64,000 nucleotides of DNA from Phaeosaccion multiseriatum (Eukaryota; Protista; Ochrophyta, other classes), in NCBI GenBank assembly GCA_965112735.1, contig OZ218962.1:3162001-3226000 (forward strand). Direction: 5' to 3'. A program made the position numbers and the translations under genes. Below, one piece after another: positions 37,702 to 46,912 of the stretch. Below the pieces are notes generated by a model, which was not told the DNA's origin, made no database searches, and saw nothing but the letters and a program-made list of their open reading frames with translations. Each line of letters starts with the position of its first letter. Position 1 is the stretch's first letter.

Positions 37702-39563
37702 TCGACCCTGGACAAGATTATCTGATTACTGATTACAGGCCGGCCTGATTACTGATTAGCTATGCGCCAGCCGGGGGCCGATTACTGATTACGGCCGGCG
37801 CACACCGTAATCTTGTCCAGGGTCGAAGGGAGGGAGGGAGGGAGGGAGGGAGGGAGGGAGGGAGGGAGGGAGGGAGGGAGGGAGGGAGGGAGGGAAGGAG
37901 GGAGGGAGGGATGGAGGCAGGGAGGGAGGGAGGGAGGGACGGACGGAGGCAGGGAGGGAGGGAGAGGGGGGAGGGAGGGAGGGGGGGAGGGAGAGAGGGA
38001 GGGAGGGAGGGGGGGGAGGGAGGGAGGGAGGGGGGGAGGGAGGGAGGGAGGGAGGGAGGGAGGGAGGGAGGGAGGGAGGGAGGGAGGGAGGGAGGGAGGG
38101 AGGGAGGGAGGGAGGGAGGGAGGGAGGGAGGGAGGGAGGGAGGGAGGGAGAGAGGGAGGGAGGGAGGGAGGGAGGGAGAGAGGGAGGGAGGGAGGGAGGG
38201 AGGGAGGGAGGGAGGGAGGGAGGGAGGGAGGGAGGGAGGGAGGGAGGGAGGGAGGGAGGGAGGGAGGGAGGGAGGGAGGGAGGGAGGGAGGGAGGGAGGG
38301 AGGGAGGGAGGGAGGGAGGGAGGGAGGGGGGAAAGAGGGAAGGAGGGAGGGAGGGATGGAGGGAGGGAGGGAGGGAGGGAGGGAGGGACGGAGGCAGGGA
38401 GGGAGGGAGGGAGGAGGGAGGGAGGGAGGGAGGGAGGGAGGGAGGGAGGGAGGGGGGAGGGAGGGAGGGAGGGAGGGAGGGAGGGAGGGAGGGAGGGAGG
38501 GAGGGAGGGAGGGAGGGAGGGAGGGAGGGAGGGAGGGAGGGAGGGAGGGAGGGAGGGAGGGAGGGAGGGAGGGAGGGAGGGAGGGAGGGAGGGAGGGAGG
38601 GAGGGAGGGAGGGAGGGAGGGAGGGAGGGAGGGAGGGAGGGAGGGAGGGAGGGAGAGAGGGAGGGAGGGAGGGAGGGAGGGAGGGAGGGAGGGAGGGAGG
38701 GAGGGAGGGAGGGAGGGAGGGAGGGAGGGAGGGAGGGAGAGAGGGAGGGAGGGAGGGAGGGGGGGAAAGAGGGAAGGAGGGAGGGAGGGAGGGGGGGAAA
38801 GAGGGAAGGAGGGAGGGAGGGATGGAGGCAGGGAGGGGGGGAGGGAGGGAGGGAGGGAGGGAGGGAGGGAGGGAGGGAGGGAGGGAGGGAGGGAGGGAGG
38901 GAGGGAGGGAGGGAGGGAGGGAGGGAGGGAGGGAGGGAGGGAGGGAGGGAGGGAGGGAGGGAGGGAGGGAGGGAGGGAGGGAGGGAGGGAGGGAGGGAGG
39001 GAGGGAGAGGGAGGGAGGGAGGGAGGGAGGGAGGGAGGGAGGGAGGGAGGGAGGGAGGGAGGGAGGGAGGGAGGGAGGGAGGGAGGGAGGGAGGGAGGGA
39101 GGGAGGGAGGGAGGGAGGGAGGGAGGGAGGGAGGGAGGGAGGGAGGGAGGGAGGGAGGGAGGGAGGGAGGGAGGGAGGGAGGGAGGGAGGGAGGGAGGGA
39201 GGGAGGGAGGGAGGGAGGGAGGGAGGGAGGGAGGGAGGGAGGGAGGGAGGGAGGGAGGGAGGGAGGGAGGGAGGGAGGGAGGGAGGGAGGGAGGGAGGGA
39301 GGGAGGGAGGGAGGGAGGGAGGGAGGGAGGGAGGGAGGGAGGGAGGGAGGGAGGGAGGAAGGAAGGGAGGGAGGGAGGGAGTCATCCCTAAACTGATTAT
39401 ACCAGCGCCAGCCAGCCGGCCTGGCGCCTGATTACTGATTATGGCGCCAGCCGGCCCGGTTGCTTACGGCCGGTGACCAGCCGGCCTGATTACTGATCAT
39501 GCGTCAGCCGGGGGCTGATTAGTGATTACGGTCGGCGCACACCGTAATCTTGTCCAGGGTCGA
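37702..39563. mobile_element. Non-autonomous TIR element (19-bp TIR TCGACCCTGGACAAGATTA, 6-bp TSD TAGGCC)
   Basis: TIR at 37702 and reverse at 39545-39563 (extra internal right end 37808-37826); TAGGCC at 37696-37701 and 39564-39569; CTGATTA subterminal repeats. Confidence 0.8.
37827..39380. repeat. (GGGA)n tract, ~1.55 kb
   Basis: Direct reading. Confidence 0.97.
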
Positions 39564-41099
39564 TAGGCCGGGGGGGCTGCGCCAAAAATAGGCCTAGCTA
39601 GGCCGGGGGCCTGCGGCCCCCTCTAGCTAGGCCGGGGGCCTGCGGCCCCCTCTAGCTAGGCCGGCCGAATTTCGTCTCTAGGCCTACTAGACTTCTAGGC
39701 CAGTCTTCGGTCCCATGCACGCCTAGCGAGGGCCGTAGGCCCGCACGGCCTAGGGCAGACGCCAGCCAACTAGGCGGACGGACGGTGGGAGTGCCCAGAG
39801 TGCAAAGAGTAGCCAGTTTCATCGCATGGGAATGGCTGGAAGTGATGAGGAGTAGTAGACTTCGTTCCTGTTGTCTCTTCCGCCTCGCTGGCCCTACGAG
39901 GTGTGCTGCTAGCTACCCACTGGCTGGGCGGCACCACGCACGCGCCCACGGTCACTGGGAGGCTGCCTAGAGGCGGGCTATCAGGAGGCTCAGAGGGGTG
40001 GCGTGAGCGTGCACACAGCAGCCAGGGACGAAGAAGACTTGCGCCGTGCCCGATACCGAGAAGCGACCCAGGAAGCGCAATCACAAGGGCGAGCTCATTC
40101 CAGAGAGCCAGTCCTTCCCCTGTGTATGGTGGGCCTTGTGGATGTGATTTTTGCAAGTTCATTCGCAACAAGCCTTAGGAAGGGGTTTGCTTGTTGTTTT
40201 CCACTAGCTAGTCGCCAGTTGTGGTAGGAGAATTTGAAATTAGTTGCCCTGCAACCTCTAACTCCTGCTCCTTACGTAAGGGCCATAGGGAGGGCCCTCC
40301 GTGCCCCAAGTTGCGCGTCCCAGGTAGGGTGGGATAGGAGAACTAAACAAATTTTCAAAATTTTTCAACTGCCCCCTTCGCCGCACGCCGCCCGCCCCTC
40401 CGCACAGAGTTATCAACACAACACGCACCCGACGTGCCCAATTCCGATCCAGTTCCGATCTGAATTAATTAATTTATTGAAAAAAACGGGAAAAGAGAAA
40501 AAAATTGAAAAATTGGAACTTAGTTTTTCTGAGTACCTTTGGTCCCTCTCCCTCTCCCTTCATTCACTTGCGTTCACTCGCAACCCAGAAAGGGAAGAGA
40601 TGATGAAGATGTTTTTGTTTTTGATCGCACTGGCGTCCCTGGTCTATCAGGGGCACTGTAGTGCCTGCACAAGTAACAATGTCCCACAGGAAAATTGCGT
40701 CGACACAGCGTCCACCTGCGCTGATGTAAGAAGCATTGACGCCTCCTGGCTACCGGACCTGCACTGCCCCCTTCCTCGGTCATTGCTTCTTTCCTGTGTT
40801 ACCTTCTCCGGCTGCTGGTGCTGGAGGGCTGGTGCTGCGCTGACACTTTCTGCTGCTGCTGGTTCCTTGTTGCTTCTTTCCTTGCTTCTCCTCTCTCGCT
40901 CCTTATCATTCTACTCAGGCTACGAAACCTGGTTTTGTAAGTGGCTGATGGCTTCCTAGGGGAGGGCCGGGTGGCTAGTGCCACGACCAGCCAGTCGAGA
41001 GTGTGGTGGTGTTGCGAGCTGCCTCGGACTCCTTCCGCAAACAGTTCCCTTGTTTTGATTAGGCAGGCACTAGTATCTCGCTCCTCACACGCCTGCTTC

Positions 41100-41619
41100 T
41101 GTTAGAAGTCGTGCTTTTGCTAGACTGGTACCTACCCTCTGAATTCAGACCGGGAGGTACCAGTCTAGCAAAAGCACGACTTCTAACAAGCCCTAATGCT
41201 AGAAGTCGAACCCCCCCCCCCCCACCGCACATAGTGGAGAGAAGTAACTCGCAGTCTGGGAATCAGACTAATGGGTGCCAGCCGGTACCAGTTTTCGCCG
41301 AAAAACACACTTTTTAATATATTCAGAGGGTAGGTACCAGTCTAGCAAAAGCACGACTTCTAACAAGGCCATTGCGAGTTCGAATCCTGGCTGTAGCTTG
41401 TGAAAAAAGTGTGTTTTTCGGCGAAAACTGGTACCGGCTGGCACCCATTAGTCTGATTCCCAGACTGCGAGTTACTTCTCTCCACTATGTGCGGTGGGGG
41501 GGGGGGGGTTCGACTTCTAGCATTAGGGCTTGTTAGAAGTCGTGCTTTTGCTAGACTGGTACCTCCCGGTCTGAATTCAGAGGGTAGGTACCAGTCTAGC
41601 AAAAGCACGACTTCTAACA
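41100..41619. mobile_element. Foldback non-autonomous element, TGT..ACA ends, 4-bp TSD CTTC (Ginger/integrase-type signature)
   Basis: 216-bp perfect arms (41100-41315 / 41404-41619); CTTC at 41096-41099 and 41620-41623. Confidence 0.88.
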
Positions 41620-42636
41620 CTTCCTCCTGCCCGCCGTCCTCCCCCATGGCTCTTGCTCGCCCCGTCTCCACGCCCCTGCCTGCTCGCCCTTGTTACTGGT
41701 TGGTGGCTGGCTGCAACCGACGGTTTCTTCGAAAAAGATTTGTTACACTTGCTTACCCCCCTTTTGCGCGGTGAGTACACTTGCTTACTAAGAATACGTG
41801 CGGTGTACATGGTGCTTTTGTAGCGGAACGCTAAGCAACGCGCGATCGGCATGACAACGACCACCCCACCATCACTCTCCTTCCTCTGCTTGGCTGCGTC
41901 CCACCTCTTGCAGGGTACGACATTTCAAGAAGGAGCCCAAGTCCAATGCATAAACCAAGCCTGTACGGTACGTGGTGGCGTGTAGTGGAGGGCTGATACG
42001 GTTCCTGTGGACCCCTTGCCTCCCATGACCCCGTCCCCCCCCTGCCTTCCCCGGTGTGCCGTTCCCGCTGCTGCTGTTGCGTGACCCGTCCTACCTTTCC
42101 ATGCGATGCATCTCTCGCGCGTACAACAGACTTCGATTTTTGAGCCCGGCACCTGTTGCGACGGCAGCGGATGGTATGTGGCTGCATCCTCCGCATCAGC
42201 GCCGGGCGCGCCCACACATGTTGAGCCTTTTCGTTCCTCCCGCTCCCTGGCTGGCTGACTTTCGAGTAACACCTCTCCATCCACGCACGCGCATTCGGGG
42301 CTGAGCTTGGAAGCTCATTACCAAATGCAATCTCTGCTGCCCCCCGCACCCGCGGCCTATCCACATCGCTCTCTCTCTCTCTCTCTCTCTGTGCTCCTTC
42401 AGTCCCTCGGGACCACCGTCTTGTGCCGGTTTCGTGGCCGTCCAGGGTGACCCCGTCGTGACGGGCCTCAAGGGTCAAAGCTTTCTCTTCAAGGGCCTTC
42501 ACGCCGTGTGGTTCGCCGCCCTTGCCGAGCGGCACCTGCAGTGGAATTGGCTCCTCCATGTCTTCGAGGAGTGCGAGGATGGCCTCATGCCGGTGAGTGA
42601 CTGCGAGGGTCTAAGCCTCTTGCATCTTTACTGTAG

Positions 42637-45139
42637 TGTAAAGAGTCACGTTGCTCTCCACCTAGGATAGGAGTAGCCGCATGGACAAGGTAATAGCAAC
42701 CCCAAAGCCAGCCTGGCAGCCAGCCTTGTCTCTATTAGCTTTATCCGTGAGCCATCCTAAACGACCAACCTGCTGGGAGGTGAGTGAGAAACGGGCCACG
42801 CACCGTTTCTCACCGTATTTGCCTGGGCCTGGGCCATTGACATAATACTGACTTTCAACATCCCCGTCAGCCATCCCTGCACTTCTAACATCCCCCTGAA
42901 CTAAACTATTGCGTGTCCCCACGCAACTCAAAGCGGGTTCGCCTACTAAAGCTCGACTTGTAGCAAAAGCCTCCATGTTGCTTCCAATAAAAACGGATGA
43001 GAAATATGCAAAACTCACCCAGGTGTGTGCGACCGCTCCTCCAACACACACCCTCCTGTATTGGTGAGAAAACCCCACGACTCAAACTCACCCACACAGG
43101 CTCACGGATGAGAACATCCCATGACTCAAACTCACCCGCGCAATTCTCTATCTCCACTCCTACTCGCCACCAGCGTTGCCAAAGCCTCGTTGCGCACCAC
43201 TAATGCTGACTGCTCAAGTGTTTACTGGTGTGCCTACAAGGCACCCAGACAGTCCCTAAAGCAGCCTTGCGAGTATCCTTCTCTGTCTCCCGCCAAGCTC
43301 CGTGCAACAGCAACAGCCGCGCTGCTGCCACACTCGAAAGCCGTGCCCGCTGTAGGGCACCGCTCTCGGCAGTTCTCTATCTCCACGGCCCACCAAGCTC
43401 CAGCAGCAATTTCCGTGCAACAGCAACATCCGTGCTGCTGCCACACTCGAAAGCCATGCCCGCTGACTAAGGCACCACTCCCGGCAATTCTCTATCTCCA
43501 CGGCCCATCAAGCTCCAGCAGCAATTTCCGTGCAACAGCAACATCCGTGCTGCTGCCACACTCGAAAGCCGTGCCCGCTGTAAGGCACCGCTCCCGGCAA
43601 TTCTCTATCTCCACGGCCCACCAAGCTCCAGCAGCAATTTCCGTGTAACAGCAACATCCGTGCTGCTGCCACACTCGAAAGCCATGCCCGCTGTAAGGCA
43701 CCGCTCCCGGCAATTCTCCATCTCCACTGCCCACCAAGCTCCAGCAGCAATTTCCGTGTAACAGCAACATCCGTGCTGCTGCCACACTCGAAAGCCGTGC
43801 CCGCTGTAAGGCACCGCTCCCGGCAATTCTCTATCTCCACGGCCCACCAAGCTCCAGCAGCAATTTCCGTGTAACAGCAACATCCGTGCTGCTGCCACAC
43901 TCGAAAGCCATGCCCGCTGTAAGGCACCGCTCCCGGCAATTCTCTTATCTCCACGGCCCACCAAGCTCCAGCAGCAATTTCCGTGCAACAGCAACATCCG
44001 TGCTGCTGCCACACTCGAAAGCCATGCCCGCTGACTAAGGCACCACTCCCGGCAATTCTCTATCTCCACGGCCCATCAAGCTCCAGCAGCAATTTCCGTG
44101 CAACAGCAACATCCGTGCTGCTGCCACACTCGAAAGCCGTGCCCGCTGTAAGGCACCGCTCCCGGCAATTCTCTATCTCCACGGCCCACCAAGCTCCAGC
44201 AGCAATTTCCGTGTAACAGCAACATCCGTGCTGCTGCCACACTCGAAAGCCATGCCCGCTGTAAGGCACCGCTCCCGGCAATTCTCCATCTCCACGGCCC
44301 ATCAAGCTCCAGCAGCAATTTCCGTGCAACAGCAACATCCGTGCTGCTGCCACACTCGAAAGCCGTGCCCGCTGTAAGGCACCGCTCCCGGCAATTCTCT
44401 ATCTCCACGGCCCACCAAGCTCCAGCAGCAATTTCCGTGTAACAGCAACATCCGTGCTGCTGCCACACTCGAAAGCCATGCCCGCTGTAAGGCACCGCTC
44501 CCGGCAATTCTCCATCTCCACTGCCCACCAAGCTCCAGCAGCAATTTCCGTGTAACAGCAACATCCGTGCTGCTGCCACACTCGAAAGCCGTGCCCGCTG
44601 TAAGGCACCGCTCCCGGCAATTCTCTATCTCCACGGCCCACCAAGCTCCAGCAGCAATTTCCGTGTAACAGCAACATCCGTGCTGCTGCCACACTCGAAA
44701 GCCATGCCCGCTGTAAGGCACCGCTCCCGGCAATTCTCCATCTCCACTGCCCACCAAGCTCCAGCAGCAATTTCCGTGTAACAGCAACATCCGTACTGCT
44801 GCCACACTCGAAAGCCATGCCCGCTGTAAGGCACCGCTCCCGGCAAACTCAAAGCTACCGAGCTGCTGCCTGAGCCTCTTGGCCAAGGTCAGCTGCCTTC
44901 GGGATTCTTTGGGGTTGTAAAGAGTCACGTTGCTCTCCACCTAGGATAGGAGTAGCCGCATGGACAAGGTAATAGCAACCCCAAAGCCAGCCTGGCAGCC
45001 AGCCTTGTCTCTATTAGCTTTATCCGTGAGCCATCCTAAACGACCAACCTGCTGGGAGGTGAGTGAGAAACGGGCCACGCACCGTTTCTCACCGTATTTG
45101 CCTGGGCCTGGGCCATTGACATAATACTGACTTTCAACA
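42637..45139 (-). mobile_element. Non-autonomous LTR retroelement with identical 224-bp LTRs and 4-bp TSD GTAG
   Basis: LTRs 42637-42860 and 44916-45139, TG..CA ends; GTAG at 42633-42636 and 45140-45143; short purine run GACGGGGA before the 3' LTR on the minus strand; no gag/pol ORF. Confidence 0.9.
43367..44845. repeat. 113-bp tandem array (~13 units) inside the LTR element
   Basis: CCGGCAATTCTC recurs at ~113-bp spacing from 43481 to 44727. Confidence 0.93.
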
Positions 45140-45864
45140 GTAGCGCGAAAAGGTTCGGGTTCGCCTCGCTACACGCGATGGTGGGTGGTGATGTCTTTTG
45201 CTGACGTTGAGCACCGTCTCGCCCCTCCTTGCTGTATCTGCTCTGCACGCGGCCTCTCCCCGCCCAGACGTACGTCACGAGACATGCGCTTACCCTGTTC
45301 TCGGAGGACGGTTTGGCGGAGTACGAGATCGAAGTTGGCGTGAAGGATGTTACGAAGTACAACCCCGGATGCCCGGACGGCGAGGGCGACACGTGTCTCG
45401 GCGAGGGCTCCCTCGAGATGGTCCTGAATGGCCAGACAATCACCAGCCCTGGCGAGTACGAGCTCGAGGAAGGCGCCTCGGTGAGGGCTTTCAACAATGT
45501 TGGATCCTGCCAGATCAGGAGGGATATGCACATGACGCAGCGCCTGAAGAAGGAGGAGGAGGAGCTCCTTGCCTCATCGCGACGTCGGCTCGACGACGAA
45601 GACTGGGAAGCCAGCGCCGACCTTCGTGCGCTGGATGTGCTGCAGGCTCGTCTCTTCGCGATGGAGGACATCGAAGCGTGCTCGGCCTGGATCGCCGAGA
45701 AGCGTACTGACCGTGACCTCTTCGAATCCCCCGGCGGCTGGGCCTCCGTGTACATCACCACCCCCACCTACGCTTTCCAGATCGACTACCGCCAGGAGGT
45801 CGATCGCTGCCACGCCCACGTGGTGGACGCCACCATGATGCTCTCCCCCAACGACGAAGGCGTG

Positions 45865-46329
45865 TGTTAGAAGTCGTGCTTTTGCTAGACTGGTACCTAC
45901 CCTCTGAATTCAGACCGGGAGGTACCAGTCTAGCAAAAGCACGACTTCTAACAAGCCCTAATGCTAGAAGTCGAACCCCCCCCCCCCCACCGCACATAGT
46001 GGAGAGAAGTAACTCGCAGTCTGGGAATCAGACTAATGGGTGCCAGCCGGTACCAGTTTTCGCCGAAAAACACACTTTTTTCACAAGCTACAGCCAGGAT
46101 TCGAACTCGCAATGGCCTTGTTAGAAGTCGTGCTTTTGCTAGACTGGTACCTCCCGGTCTGAATGATTCCCAGACTGCGAGTTACTTCTCTCCACTATGT
46201 GCGGTGGGGGGGGGGGGGTTCGACTTCTAGCATTAGGGCTTGTTAGAAGTCGTGCTTTTGCTAGACTGGTACCTCCCGGTCTGAATTCAGAGGGTAGGTA
46301 CCAGTCTAGCAAAAGCACGACTTCTAACA
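45865..46329. mobile_element. Second foldback element of the same family, 4-bp TSD CGTG
   Basis: 166-bp arms (45865-46030 / 46164-46329); CGTG at 45861-45864 and 46330-46333; inserted in a coding exon. Confidence 0.88.
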
Positions 46330-46766
46330 CGTGGAGGCGTGGAGCGGCGTGCTCGGCGAGACGCAGACCCTCAAGCTCGACGCCGCCACTGGCCAGGCCC
46401 TCAAGGGGCGCGATGCCATACTGAACTCTGTGCACGACGAGGATTACGTTGTGGACGGGCCTTGGGGCACTGTTTTCCCCGCGCGCCTATCTTGAGTGGA
46501 AAAGCGTTGCGGAGTGGGCAGGTGGTGGGCGTTTATCGGTATGATGTAGCTACTTCGTAGTACTAGAAGACCGTTGGTCGGTGAGGGGCCTCCTCTGCCC
46601 GGACTGGCTGGCTGGCTGGTGAGAGTGTGGCGGGTGCTTCCGTCAATGAAAGGGGGAGGCAGAGAGGGGGGCGCGTTTCTCGACTCAAGCCGTTGTGGTA
46701 CAAGGTAGAGGTGGAAAGGCTCCCTTGTGTAGGATTTAAAAAAGAGGAATCACCTAAGAAACTGAA

Positions 46767-46817
<51 letters not shown>

Positions 46818-46912
46818 ATGTAGCGCTGTGTCTCCGGTGCCCTCGAGGGGCCGGTTACTCCCCCTCTAGGGGCGCAGGGAGTGCAGGACCGGCTCCGCGA
46901 GGAGAGGAAAAA

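Larger units (their letters stand above)
37265..40391. repeat. Diverged ~150-200 bp inverted repeat pair (37265-37460 / 40244-40391) enclosing nested repeats
   Basis: GCGGCGTGCGGCGAAGGGGGCAGTTGAAAA, CCTGGGACGCGCAACTTGGG, CCTTACGTAAGG and TAGAGGTTGCAGG are all mirrored; no TSD found. Confidence 0.7.
40600..46495 (+). pseudogene. Secreted Cys-rich protein with GDP-x...GVLGET (root-cap/VWD-like) domain; last exon interrupted by a foldback element
   Basis: Signal peptide MMKMFLFLIALASLVYQGHCSA; exons 40600-40725, ~41914-41967, 42446-42592 (GDPVVTGLKGQSFLFKG) and 45268-; removing 45865-46333 restores NDEGV-EAWSGVLGETQ...ARLS* (stop 46493-46495). Confidence 0.7.

Noticed and set aside
37760-39431. 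500-aa PPSL/GREG ORFs
   Set aside because: Translation of a stop-free (GGGA)n microsatellite
41365-41400. tRNA or SINE in the foldback core (GAGTTCGAATCCTGG, B-box-like)
   Set aside because: T-stem does not pair (GCGAG vs CCTGG) and no D or anticodon arm is visible
43367-44845. 113-bp array as CRISPR-like or protein coding
   Set aside because: No unique spacers; 113 is not a multiple of 3, so ORFs drift through frames
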